A stretch of 64,000 nt of DNA from a virus (Duplodnaviria > Heunggongvirae > Uroviricota > Caudoviricetes). Location of the stretch: IMG/VR virus record IMGVR_UViG_3300042401_002002; one strand, given 5' to 3'. Shown in pieces: positions 8,223 to 16,839 of this stretch (within the stretch, counting starts at the first letter, position 1; the number at the start of each line of letters is the position of its first letter). Both the position numbers and the translations under genes were made by a program. The notes below the pieces were generated by a model. That model saw nothing but the letters and a program-made list of their open reading frames with translations, searched no databases and was not told the origin of the DNA.

Positions 8223-8275
8223 TAAAACAAAAATAATTGTTGGAAATCTTTTAAATAACCAACAATTATTATTTT

Positions 8276-8401
8276 TTATCTAACAAAAATGCCTAACCAA
8301 TTACAATGATTTTTAGTAAGATTGGTAGTTCCTAAAACAGTGCTTTTATAAAAAACTGTTGAAGTGAACGAAATTCCAAAGTCTGATTTTTTAAGTTTCA
8401 T
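8276..8401 (-). CDS. MKL-family microprotein (41 aa), singleton
   Basis: MKLKKSDFGISFTSTVFYKSTVLGTTNLTKNHCNWLGIFVR. Confidence 0.75.
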   Translation of the reverse strand: MKLKKSDFGISFTSTVFYKSTVLGTTNLTKNHCNWLGIFVR

Positions 8402-8404
8402 ATA

Positions 8405-11400
8405 TCAATTAATACTAATCAAACTACAACCTTTTTCATCAGCTGTTACAGTTAAACTGTAATCAACATTTAATTCATCACTGTAAGCGTGTTCAATGAT
8501 GACTATTTTCTCAATTTTTTCTTTGATTTTATGAATTAACTCAAAGAAATTAGTTACTGAATCACCAACTAGTTTACCTGTTACCTCATCTAAGAATAAA
8601 AAGTTACCTAATGATTTATTATTAATTGACCTTAATGCTAATCTTAATATAATCGAAATAAAGGTCCTTTCCATTCCGGAGCCACCAATTACATTTTGTA
8701 TAGCTGTATTATCATTGTAACTATACATTTTTAATGTCATATTTTCATCAAAATAAACATTAAAGTTACATAAATCATTGATTAAATTATGTATTTCATT
8801 GTTGATGTCTTCTCTCATATTTAATAAGAGTAATTTAGGTACACCATCTCTGTGAATACACTCAACATAACAAGTATTAATTTGTTCTTCAAGTTCTTGT
8901 TCTTGAAATTTACTTATTCTGTCATTAATTGTTTTAATGTTATTTGTTAAGGTTGTAATAACATTATTTTCAATAAAACTAACATTTGCTTTAATTCCAT
9001 TAACTTCATCTTGTAAAGTTTTTAATCTAGCATCGTAAGTATCTATTACCTTTTGAACCTTTTCATTTTCAATAACTTTATTGTTTTCAATAACAACTCT
9101 ATCATAGGTATTTTTATTATTACCTATTTTCAAGTCAACATTTTCAATTAATAAAGGAATGTTGTTCTTTTGGTTAACTAATTGTTGTCTTTTATCGAAT
9201 TCTTCTTTTTCTTTTTCGATTTCAACAATTAATTCCTGGTTTTCTGACATCTTAACAGATGTATCCTCTAAATCTTGTTTGAAACGTATGATATTAGCTT
9301 CAAGTAACTTAATATCATTTTCAAAACCAACCTTTTTACTCTCTTCATTTTTTATTTTGTTTAAAGATTCTGAAATTTTATCCTTTAATGATAATATTTC
9401 TTTGGTATCTTGTTCCTTAATATTATTTTCAAAACATTTAATAGTTTCTAATATACTAAGAATCTCAGGTGTATTATTTTTAGATTCCTCTAACTGGTTT
9501 ATTTCAGTTTTTTTATCATTAATCTTATTTTGAATGATAACTAACTGAGCTTTACCTAATTCTCTGTCACAAGATGGGCAAATTTTGCTTTTATCTAAAA
9601 TTTCTATCTCAGATAAAATATTATTAATTTTAGAATCAATCTGTTTATTAATTAAACCAATTTCTTGTTCTTTTAACTTGATTTTAGATTCTAAATTACC
9701 TAATTCTTTAGTAATATCAGTTTTAAAAGAATCAATAGACCTGTTTAGAAGTAATATATTACCATTGCAAACAGCAATATCATTTCTAACTGAATCAACC
9801 TTATTAGTTGTTTCTTTAATATTCGATTTTACCCCAATAAACTCGTTCTGTAATGAATCTTTTATACCACATAAGGTATTATATCGTTCAATGTTATAAG
9901 TGTCTCTTAGAATTGATATTTTTTGTTCAAGTTCTTTTTGAGAAACAAAATAACTATCTTTTTGTTCAATTAAAACATTTAATTCTTCTTTAAGTTTGTC
10001 AAGTGAAGTGTTAGCTAAGGCTTTGTCAATAGGATGTAACTTTTTAAGTTCATTTTCCTTGTACTCTTGACCTGTTTTTAACCTTTTCTCTCTATCAACT
10101 AAAGAATCATTAAGTTCTTTGATTTTGTCTTTGTTGGTTTGAATTTCATCTTTTATTAATTGAATTTTAACCAATTCATCTTCTACTTTAAGAACTATTT
10201 TTTCTTCTTTTTTATAAAGTTCTTTTTTGTAGTCTTTGTATTCAGCTAATTTTCTTTCAAAAACATCTAAACCTGAATATTTTAAAATACTATCCATAAA
10301 TACTGATTCATCCATTGATAATAAATTATTCAATGTATCAGCATTAACTAAATATAAAGCTAAGAAATCATCAAATGAACCAATTATATTTGATAAATAT
10401 TCCTGGTTTTTAGATTTTTCTTCATCAGTTTGGTTGATTATTTCACCATTACTATCAATAAGATTGATTTTTAATGTTGTTGGACAAGCTGTAATCTTAG
10501 TTTTACTTCTATCCCACTTTCTTTCAGTTCTTCTAACTAAAGAAAATCTAGTTTCATCAACATTTATAATAGCACCTGATTCACAGTAATCTAAATCACG
10601 TTTGTTATTAATAAATCTGTTATCACCATTGGTTTCTCTTTTTAGAGTTTCTAATGTTTTACCATGTAATAAATATAAAATACCTGAAAGTAAATTGGTC
10701 TTACCAACTGCATTTTCACCCATAATTTGATACAAACCGTTGTTTTTATCCCAGTTCATTTCAAATCTATCAGCATGTGAACGATAGTTATCAATATAAA
10801 AAGATTCAATTCTCCAATCTTTTCTTTCAATACTATTAGATGCCCCTAATCTTTTATTAATTTTATTATCTATCTCAATAACTTTGTCAATAAATTCAGG
10901 TTCATAATTTTTATTTAACAAATGTTGTTTAAATACTTGTTGCTGTACATCGTAATTGGTAATATTAACCAAAGATTTTCTAACAAAATCATTCTCAACA
11001 ATTTTATTGTTTCTTATTTTGTTTTCTTTCTTTTTAACTTCAACAACGGTTGGGTATTTGGATTGTATAAATAACTTAATCTTTCTCCAATTTTCACTTG
11101 TAAAATTAATAGCATCATCGGTCCAATCAACTTTTACGTGAGTATATTTCTTAACCTCAGAAGATTTAAGTTTAATATTTAAATTATCGTAATCAATTGT
11201 TTCATCAACACCAGTACCTTTTAAGTAATAGTTAATGTAACTATATTCATTTTCAATCTCAATAAGTTCATGTTTTATGTTTTTAACATCTGAGATGTTC
11301 CATAAAATAAAGCCATGTTTATCAACAGATTCACCATAATTATTTTGATATAATGATGATGGATATGCACCTTTAATTGATTTATCTTTATTATGAAATA

Positions 11401-11983
11401 ACTGATATTGATGTATGTCACCCATTAATAATAAATCACCTTCAAAGTCTTCTAAACTAACATATTTAGAATCTTCAAATTCTTGACCAAAAAATGTTCT
11501 TGAACCATTAATAGGGTCATGAAATAAATCAATAACTAATTTATCTGTTGGTTTGGTAAAACCAGGTTCTAAAACCCAAGGTGATGTCTTGTCGCTATGA
11601 TGCCATACTGACCAAATTACATTTTCATCATTGTAAAATGTGGTCGCATCGTAATATTTAACCTTTGGGTTGTTAATCAAATTGATAACAGTATTTACTG
11701 AATCAACACGATTAACAGCTTTCATGTTAAGGTCATGGTTACCTAATGTAACTCGAACTTCAGCAATTTTAGATAGTTCATTCAAGAACCAACCACCAAG
11801 TTTTTTGGTTTCATTGTTTACTTTATTAAAATCATGAAATAAATCACCAACTATAACTATTCTGTCAGGTTTAACCTCGATTAGTTTTTTGATTGTGTTT
11901 TCAAGAACTTGTTTTTGTCTTGCTTGATACTCAAGTTTATTCATTAAATGAATATCTGAGAGGTGTGCTATGGTTTTTATCAT
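8405..11983 (-). CDS. Fused SbcD/Mre11 nuclease and SbcC/Rad50 ATPase (gp47-gp46-like)
   Basis: Phosphoesterase motifs SDIH, GDLFH, GNHD, GDIH; Walker A GENAVGKT; long coiled coil with CPSC zinc hook; signature GSGME, Walker B FLDE, H-loop IIEH. Confidence 0.93.
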   Translation of the reverse strand: MIKTIAHLSDIHLMNKLEYQARQKQVLENTIKKLIEVKPDRIVIVGDLFHDFNKVNNETKKLGGWFLNELSKIAEVRVTLGNHDLNMKAVNRVDSVNTVINLINNPKVKYYDATTFYNDENVIWSVWHHSDKTSPWVLEPGFTKPTDKLVIDLFHDPINGSRTFFGQEFEDSKYVSLEDFEGDLLLMGDIHQYQLFHNKDKSIKGAYPSSLYQNNYGESVDKHGFILWNISDVKNIKHELIEIENEYSYINYYLKGTGVDETIDYDNLNIKLKSSEVKKYTHVKVDWTDDAINFTSENWRKIKLFIQSKYPTVVEVKKKENKIRNNKIVENDFVRKSLVNITNYDVQQQVFKQHLLNKNYEPEFIDKVIEIDNKINKRLGASNSIERKDWRIESFYIDNYRSHADRFEMNWDKNNGLYQIMGENAVGKTNLLSGILYLLHGKTLETLKRETNGDNRFINNKRDLDYCESGAIINVDETRFSLVRRTERKWDRSKTKITACPTTLKINLIDSNGEIINQTDEEKSKNQEYLSNIIGSFDDFLALYLVNADTLNNLLSMDESVFMDSILKYSGLDVFERKLAEYKDYKKELYKKEEKIVLKVEDELVKIQLIKDEIQTNKDKIKELNDSLVDREKRLKTGQEYKENELKKLHPIDKALANTSLDKLKEELNVLIEQKDSYFVSQKELEQKISILRDTYNIERYNTLCGIKDSLQNEFIGVKSNIKETTNKVDSVRNDIAVCNGNILLLNRSIDSFKTDITKELGNLESKIKLKEQEIGLINKQIDSKINNILSEIEILDKSKICPSCDRELGKAQLVIIQNKINDKKTEINQLEESKNNTPEILSILETIKCFENNIKEQDTKEILSLKDKISESLNKIKNEESKKVGFENDIKLLEANIIRFKQDLEDTSVKMSENQELIVEIEKEKEEFDKRQQLVNQKNNIPLLIENVDLKIGNNKNTYDRVVIENNKVIENEKVQKVIDTYDARLKTLQDEVNGIKANVSFIENNVITTLTNNIKTINDRISKFQEQELEEQINTCYVECIHRDGVPKLLLLNMREDINNEIHNLINDLCNFNVYFDENMTLKMYSYNDNTAIQNVIGGSGMERTFISIILRLALRSINNKSLGNFLFLDEVTGKLVGDSVTNFFELIHKIKEKIEKIVIIEHAYSDELNVDYSLTVTADEKGCSLISIN

Positions 11984-12099
11984 TTTCTTGGAAATATTAT
12001 TAGTGCGTTGTGGTTGGATTTAGTAGTAAAGTTTTTTATACGTAACATTTCGATTTTATAATCTAGACCACTTAATAAACCTGTTATGTATAATTTCAT
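11980..12099 (-). CDS. MKL-family microprotein (39 aa)
   Basis: MKLYITGLLSGLDYKIEMLRIKNFTTKSNHNALIIFPRK. Confidence 0.8.
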   Translation of the reverse strand: MKLYITGLLSGLDYKIEMLRIKNFTTKSNHNALIIFPRK

Positions 12100-12227
12100 C
12101 TTTTTGTTATTATTAATCGGTTGTAGTGAATTTCGGGTATATATCTTTCAGTTTTATTATTAATTCTATGAAAAACTCCACTATTATTGAATAGTACAAA
12201 GTTTGAGTTAGTTATTTTTAATTTCAT
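12096..12227 (-). CDS. MKL-family microprotein (43 aa)
   Basis: MKLKITNSNFVLFNNSGVFHRINNKTERYIPEIHYNRLIITKR. Confidence 0.8.
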   Translation of the reverse strand: MKLKITNSNFVLFNNSGVFHRINNKTERYIPEIHYNRLIITKR

Positions 12228-12343
12228 CTTCTTTCAAAAATTAATAACATGTTATGATTTCTTTTGTTTTGTAAAGTGAATTCAGATGTTATCTCACGTT
12301 TCCAGTTAAACGTTTTCAATAAAGCAGATATATCTAATTTCAT
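12224..12343 (-). CDS. MKL-family microprotein (39 aa)
   Basis: MKLDISALLKTFNWKREITSEFTLQNKRNHNMLLIFERR. Confidence 0.8.
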   Translation of the reverse strand: MKLDISALLKTFNWKREITSEFTLQNKRNHNMLLIFERR

Positions 12344-12549
12344 CTTTTAAATTTTTTATATAATTTATATAAAATATAACTTTTTAGTGAAAATCCAAAT
12401 ATAACTAAAATTATTATAAAATAACTATTATCTATTTGGAATATTAGATAGATATCTAATAAGCAAGCCACTAATAAGAATATTGATAACATAATACCTA
12501 GTTTCTTAAAGAAATTGAATTCTAATCTTTTGATTGTTTCTATTGTCAT
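12340..12549 (-). CDS. Small membrane protein (2 TM) embedded in array 3
   Basis: ORF track, 69 aa; ATGA overlaps at both ends; ends FKR. Confidence 0.7.
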   Translation of the reverse strand: MTIETIKRLEFNFFKKLGIMLSIFLLVACLLDIYLIFQIDNSYFIIILVIFGFSLKSYILYKLYKKFKR

Positions 12550-12677
12550 CTTGTGTAAATTGTTATGTAATTAATAAAATTATTTATATTTTTACCTGGT
12601 TTATGACTACCTTTCATAAAATTATAATCAGGACTTGTTAAGAAAAAGCTATTGGGTTTACTTATATTTAATTTCAT
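12546..12677 (-). CDS. MKL-family microprotein (43 aa)
   Basis: MKLNISKPNSFFLTSPDYNFMKGSHKPGKNINNFINYITIYTR. Confidence 0.8.
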   Translation of the reverse strand: MKLNISKPNSFFLTSPDYNFMKGSHKPGKNINNFINYITIYTR

Positions 12678-12693
12678 CTTTTGTAAATTATTA

Positions 12694-12807
12694 TTATCTG
12701 TCAAGAATTAATAAACGATTATAATTTATTTTTAAATCACGTCCAGAAGTTATCATGTAATAAGGTGTTATATCACCTAAATAAGGTTTCCAAATTTTTA
12801 ATTTCAT
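12694..12807 (-). CDS. MKL-family microprotein (37 aa)
   Basis: MKLKIWKPYLGDITPYYMITSGRDLKINYNRLLILDR. Confidence 0.78.
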   Translation of the reverse strand: MKLKIWKPYLGDITPYYMITSGRDLKINYNRLLILDR

Positions 12808-12944
12808 CTTTTAAATATTACCATTGCGTTACTCCATCTTTTTATCTTAATTTTACTTTTTTGTTTTCCAACTAAAACATGATAATAAAGATTATCACTA
12901 ACAAAATTAACTTTATACGTACTATTATCTATTTCAAGTTTCAT
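12804..12944 (-). CDS. MKL-family microprotein (46 aa)
   Basis: MKLEIDNSTYKVNFVSDNLYYHVLVGKQKSKIKIKRWSNAMVIFKR. Confidence 0.8.
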   Translation of the reverse strand: MKLEIDNSTYKVNFVSDNLYYHVLVGKQKSKIKIKRWSNAMVIFKR

Positions 12945-12964
12945 CTTTCTAATATTTTATCTTC

Positions 12965-12991
12965 AACGCAAATCTACATAAAAGGTTGCAA
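12965..12991 (-). promoter_or_regulatory. ECF-sigma-like promoter overlapping a TAnnTTTG box; drives array 3 and sbcCD
   Basis: TTGCAACCTTTTATGTAGATTTGCGTT (TGCAAC-N16-CGTT). Confidence 0.65.
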
Positions 12992-13045
12992 TAAAACAAA
13001 TAATTTTTAAAAATAGTTTGGTTCTATTTATTAAAAACAAAATCA

Positions 13046-15430
13046 ATGGCTGATAACTTAAATGCAACCAATAAAAGATTAGCTGAAATAAGAGATTTAC
13101 AAGCTGAATTAAATAGATATGTAGGTGTTTATATGGAGAATATTGATTCTTCTAATAAGATTCGTGAAGAAGAAAAAAGAATTATAAAAGAAACATCTAA
13201 AGAACAAGAGAAACAAAATGAAATTGAAAAGGAAAAACAAAAAAGATTAACTAGAACAAAAGGTATTTTAAAATCCATATATGATGAAACAGTAAAACTT
13301 ACTGGTGGTTTTAGTGGTGTATGGAAGTATTTGAATGATGCTGATATTAGTGGTAAGAGTTTGGTAAGGTCTATGGGTCTTAACTCAACTATGACTGCCA
13401 CTATGAATAATAATTTGAGGCAATCAGCTGTTTATGCTGCTCAAATGGGTGTTTCATTTCAAGATTTAGCTAAAGCACAAGCATCTTTTGCTGAATCTAC
13501 AGGCACTATGGCTTTGTTGAATGTAGAGACTCTTGAAAGAATGTCTGAAGCTGCTGGTGCTACTGGTCTTGGTGTTGAACAACAAGCTAAATTTCTAGGT
13601 CAATTACAAAATGTTGGTATAGGTGTTGGTAAGGCTAGTACTGTTGTTGAGAAAACAATGAAGTCTAGTCAAGCTATGGGTTTAAATATGTCTACATCAC
13701 TTAAATTGATGACCGAAAATATGTCAATGATGAACAAATTTAGGTTTGAAAATGGTGTTGAAGGTTTTCAGAAAATGACTCAATTTGCTCAACAACAAAA
13801 AATGAGTATTGAAGGTCTTTCTTCAGCAATGGATAAATTTCAATCACTAGAAGGTTCTATTGAAGCTACAGCTAGGTTGTATACTATGGGTGGTGAGTTT
13901 GCTAAAAATGATGCGTTTAGTTTAGGTTTTAATGCAAGAAATAACCCAGAAGTTTTTGCGCAACAAATAAATGATATGATGAAAGGACTTGCTGTTCAAG
14001 ATTCTAAAGGTATATTTAAAGTTAGTGCGGTTGATATGGACCGTTTAAGGGTTGTATCTGAAATAACAGGTGATAGCGTTGAAAAATTAAGAGAACAAGC
14101 TGTTCAATTATCTAAACAAGAATTTGTTGGTAAGAGTGTATTTGGTAATATTTCTAAAGATGATAGAAATTTGATTGCTAATATAATGGAGCAAGATAAG
14201 AGTGGTACTTTTACAGTTAAAATTGATAATAAAAACTTTAAACTTAATGAATTAGGTGAGTCGCAACTTAGTTTGTTAAGAAAACAAACAGAATCTATAG
14301 CTGAACAAGCAAAAGTAACACAAGATTGGAATAGTGCTTTAGATAATTCAATTAATTCTTTAAAAGCTAATTTATTACCTGTACTTAATGTAATAAATGG
14401 TTATTTAGGTGCTGTAAATAATATAGGTACTAATTGGGTAGCTAATATAGGTAAGGTTATTGCGTTAGCTGGACCATTAATCGCTGGAAAAGCTATTATG
14501 ACAGGTGCTAATTCTTTTATTGGTGGTAAGTTTGATGATATGTTTGATTTAAGTAAAAAAAAGAAATCAACATCATCTTTTTCTTCTGCTGGTGGTTCAA
14601 GTGTTAGTGATTTGGGTAAACTTAAGGATATACCTGATGGACCTGCATTGCAAAGTAGAGCTGCTGGAATTGCAGCAATAGGTGTTGCTGCTTTAGGTAT
14701 TGGTGCAGGTATAGGTGTTGCTGCTTATGGTGCTTCATTATTAGCAGATTCTATTTCTAAATTAAATGTTGAACAAATGAAAACTTTAGCATTTACTATG
14801 GGTGCAATCGGATTGACAATGGGTGGTATTTTAGTGGCTGGTGTTATTGCGCTAGGTTCAGCAAGTGAGTTTGCTGCGCCTGGTTTATTAGCACTTGGTG
14901 GTGCTGCACTTATGGTTGGTGCAGGTATAGGTGTTGCTGCTTATGGAATCGGTACTATGGTTGATAGTTTGGGTAAGGTAGGTAATATTGGTGCTAACAT
15001 TACTTCATTAGGTAAAGGGTTATCTAGTTTAGTTTCTTTAAATACACTTGCAGGTATAACCACGTTAGGTTCTTTAGGGAATACATTAGTTGGTTCTGCA
15101 TCAGGTTTTAGTAGTGCAGGTAATATGTTTAAAAATGTTGGTGAGTTTATGAGTAAACCTGCTAAAAATTTAATTGAACTACAAAATACTATTAAAGCTT
15201 TAAAAGATTTTGATGGTAATAGTATGTTGTCACAGTCAATAAAAGACCTTAATAATGTTATCGCTAAAGGTATAGAAATTAAATTACCAAATAATGGTGT
15301 ACTTAATGTAACTACCAATGTTGATTTGTATATTGATAGAGAGAAACTTGCTACTAGTTTGCAGATTGGTCAAAGAAGTTTTGCTGAATTATTTAAATCT
15401 CAGAAAGGTGTTGCTGCTGTTAAAAGTTAA
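13046..15430 (+). CDS. Tail tape-measure-like protein
   Basis: Helical Ala/Gly/Met-rich protein with hydrophobic GAGIGVAAYG repeats (identical 31 bp at 14700-14730 and 14916-14946). Confidence 0.75.
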   Translation: MADNLNATNKRLAEIRDLQAELNRYVGVYMENIDSSNKIREEEKRIIKETSKEQEKQNEIEKEKQKRLTRTKGILKSIYDETVKLTGGFSGVWKYLNDADISGKSLVRSMGLNSTMTATMNNNLRQSAVYAAQMGVSFQDLAKAQASFAESTGTMALLNVETLERMSEAAGATGLGVEQQAKFLGQLQNVGIGVGKASTVVEKTMKSSQAMGLNMSTSLKLMTENMSMMNKFRFENGVEGFQKMTQFAQQQKMSIEGLSSAMDKFQSLEGSIEATARLYTMGGEFAKNDAFSLGFNARNNPEVFAQQINDMMKGLAVQDSKGIFKVSAVDMDRLRVVSEITGDSVEKLREQAVQLSKQEFVGKSVFGNISKDDRNLIANIMEQDKSGTFTVKIDNKNFKLNELGESQLSLLRKQTESIAEQAKVTQDWNSALDNSINSLKANLLPVLNVINGYLGAVNNIGTNWVANIGKVIALAGPLIAGKAIMTGANSFIGGKFDDMFDLSKKKKSTSSFSSAGGSSVSDLGKLKDIPDGPALQSRAAGIAAIGVAALGIGAGIGVAAYGASLLADSISKLNVEQMKTLAFTMGAIGLTMGGILVAGVIALGSASEFAAPGLLALGGAALMVGAGIGVAAYGIGTMVDSLGKVGNIGANITSLGKGLSSLVSLNTLAGITTLGSLGNTLVGSASGFSSAGNMFKNVGEFMSKPAKNLIELQNTIKALKDFDGNSMLSQSIKDLNNVIAKGIEIKLPNNGVLNVTTNVDLYIDREKLATSLQIGQRSFAELFKSQKGVAAVKS

Positions 15431-15439
15431 TATTTAAAA

Positions 15440-15469
15440 AAACCTCTCTTATTAATTTAGGAGAGGTTT
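15440..15469. terminator. Bidirectional intrinsic terminator
   Basis: AAACCTCTC...GAGAGGTTT hairpin between convergent genes. Confidence 0.75.
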
Positions 15470-15475
15470 ATTTTG

Positions 15476-15760
15476 TTAAACATTTATCGGTTCTTTTTGT
15501 TTTATGTTATTCATTTTTTCTTTAATAATTAAACAATCAGTTAAAGCATCATTATAATTATCATATACTTTATCAGTATTAAATAACCTATTTAAACCCC
15601 ATGTTTGATATAGTCTTAACCAACCAGGACCTGTTTTAACTATTTCTATCTGAAATATAGATTCATTATCTATAACAAATTTGTTAATTCTGAATATAAA
15701 TTCAGGTTCTTCTATTTTCTTTTTAAAAAGAAGATTTTTAAATGTTTTTATTAGTTTCAT
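15476..15760 (-). CDS. Hypothetical protein
   Basis: ORF track, 94 aa. Confidence 0.65.
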   Translation of the reverse strand: MKLIKTFKNLLFKKKIEEPEFIFRINKFVIDNESIFQIEIVKTGPGWLRLYQTWGLNRLFNTDKVYDNYNDALTDCLIIKEKMNNIKQKEPINV

Positions 15761-15827
15761 ATTTATAATTTGGTTAGTAGTTTGTAATAATACATTTTTT
15801 TTATCATTAAAACAAATAATATTAGTT

Positions 15828-15968
15828 TTATTTTGAATAAATTTTAAGATAATTTAATCCATAATCAGTTAACTCTTCGTTAATATTTATGTTGTTTATG
15901 TAAAAATATACTGCTGAATATTTAAACCTAGGTGCTAGTTCAGTTAGGTTATCTATTTTTAGTTTCAT
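15828..15968 (-). CDS. MKL-family microprotein (46 aa)
   Basis: MKLKIDNLTELAPRFKYSAVYFYINNININEELTDYGLNYLKIYSK. Confidence 0.78.
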   Translation of the reverse strand: MKLKIDNLTELAPRFKYSAVYFYINNININEELTDYGLNYLKIYSK

Positions 15969-16102
15969 CTTGTATATATTGTTATGTAATTAAACCACCT
16001 TTCCCATAATTTATTAATAGTTCTTTCGCCTATAAGTACCTCAAAATCACTTGATTCAGTAAATAACATAGTTTCAAAATTTGTTTCTATTATTAGTTTC
16101 AT
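15965..16102 (-). CDS. MKL-family microprotein (45 aa)
   Basis: MKLIIETNFETMLFTESSDFEVLIGERTINKLWERWFNYITIYTR. Confidence 0.82.
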   Translation of the reverse strand: MKLIIETNFETMLFTESSDFEVLIGERTINKLWERWFNYITIYTR

Positions 16103-16230
16103 CTTGTATAAATTTGAATGTAATTAGTCCAAACAGAAATATCTTTGATTATAAACCTACCCATTAATAATTCATAATCAGCTGAATAAATAAAAATTAT
16201 ATCTGTATCTGTTTGTTGTTTAAGTTTCAT
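16099..16230 (-). CDS. MKL-family microprotein (43 aa)
   Basis: MKLKQQTDTDIIFIYSADYELLMGRFIIKDISVWTNYIQIYTR. Confidence 0.82.
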   Translation of the reverse strand: MKLKQQTDTDIIFIYSADYELLMGRFIIKDISVWTNYIQIYTR

Positions 16231-16358
16231 CTTTTGTAAATTGATAAATTATCTAAACCGAAAACACCTTTATCTAAACTGTTGATTATTTTGAATAATC
16301 TAGATTTTTTAAAAGGTATATCAGAATATTTTGGTCTGTTTAGTATTTTTAGTTTCAT
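16227..16358 (-). CDS. MKL-family microprotein (43 aa)
   Basis: MKLKILNRPKYSDIPFKKSRLFKIINSLDKGVFGLDNLSIYKR. Confidence 0.8.
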   Translation of the reverse strand: MKLKILNRPKYSDIPFKKSRLFKIINSLDKGVFGLDNLSIYKR

Positions 16359-16486
16359 CTCCAATAAACGTTTATGTAATTAGTCCATATTTCCCCTGGT
16401 TCTATTTCACGATGATTAATAAGTAAATCATAATCACTTGATTGGGAAAATCTTAAACTCTGATATTTTTCTATTCTAAGTTTCAT
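16355..16486 (-). CDS. MKL-family microprotein (43 aa)
   Basis: MKLRIEKYQSLRFSQSSDYDLLINHREIEPGEIWTNYINVYWR. Confidence 0.82.
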   Translation of the reverse strand: MKLRIEKYQSLRFSQSSDYDLLINHREIEPGEIWTNYINVYWR

Positions 16487-16614
16487 CTTTTGTAGATTTG
16501 TATGTAATTAACCCAACTATAAATATCATTTATCTTGCCTTTGCTAGTTAATATTTCGTAATCAACTGAATCAACGAATTTGTTATCTATATCGGTTTGT
16601 TGTTTAAGTTTCAT
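16483..16614 (-). CDS. MKL-family microprotein (43 aa)
   Basis: MKLKQQTDIDNKFVDSVDYEILTSKGKINDIYSWVNYIQIYKR. Confidence 0.82.
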   Translation of the reverse strand: MKLKQQTDIDNKFVDSVDYEILTSKGKINDIYSWVNYIQIYKR

Positions 16615-16742
16615 CTCACAAATATACAAATTTTATTGCACCAAAATTTAACTAAATAATGGTCTCCATTATCTGATAATAAGAATCCTTGCATACCTGA
16701 ATGATTAAAATCACCCATATCGTTGTATTGATTAACTTTCAT
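16611..16742 (-). CDS. MKL-family microprotein (43 aa)
   Basis: MKVNQYNDMGDFNHSGMQGFLLSDNGDHYLVKFWCNKICIFVR. Confidence 0.78.
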   Translation of the reverse strand: MKVNQYNDMGDFNHSGMQGFLLSDNGDHYLVKFWCNKICIFVR

Positions 16743-16756
16743 ATTAATTTATATTT

Positions 16757-16839
16757 AAAAAGATAGGTTGTAAATTATATTACAGAACTTAATTGCGTCT
16801 GTTTTTATTTACATTTTTATAATTACAACCTATCTTTTT
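16757..16839. repeat. 17-bp perfect inverted repeat with a 49-nt loop
   Basis: AAAAAGATAGGTTGTAA (16757-16773) / TTACAACCTATCTTTTT (16823-16839). Confidence 0.85.

Larger units (their letters stand above)
11980..12944 (-). repeat. Microprotein array 3: 6 family members plus one interposed membrane-protein gene
   Basis: ATGs at 12944, 12807, 12677, (12549), 12343, 12227, 12099; the last unit is coupled to the sbcCD start. Confidence 0.92.

Noticed and set aside
9159-11141. Plus-strand ORFs inside sbcCD, and similar antisense ORFs within the tape measure, polB, GT, tnpB and other genes
   Set aside because: Fully antisense to strong genes with Ser/Leu/Phe-rich shadow composition.
15476-15760. 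MKL-starting ORFs at 15476-15760 and 32852-33097 as family members
   Set aside because: Too long, lack the C-terminal N-x-[IL]-x-I-x-x-R motif and have no ATGA junction.
16099-16614. Diversity-generating retroelement as the source of unit variation
   Set aside because: No reverse transcriptase in the window, and differences between paralogues involve all bases and indels, not just adenines.
15828-16742. TGA recoding or readthrough turning arrays into one long repeat protein
   Set aside because: Each next unit is in the -1 frame, so readthrough would not join them, and TGA and TAG end ordinary genes elsewhere. A programmed -1 frameshift is not excluded but there is no consistent slippery heptamer.
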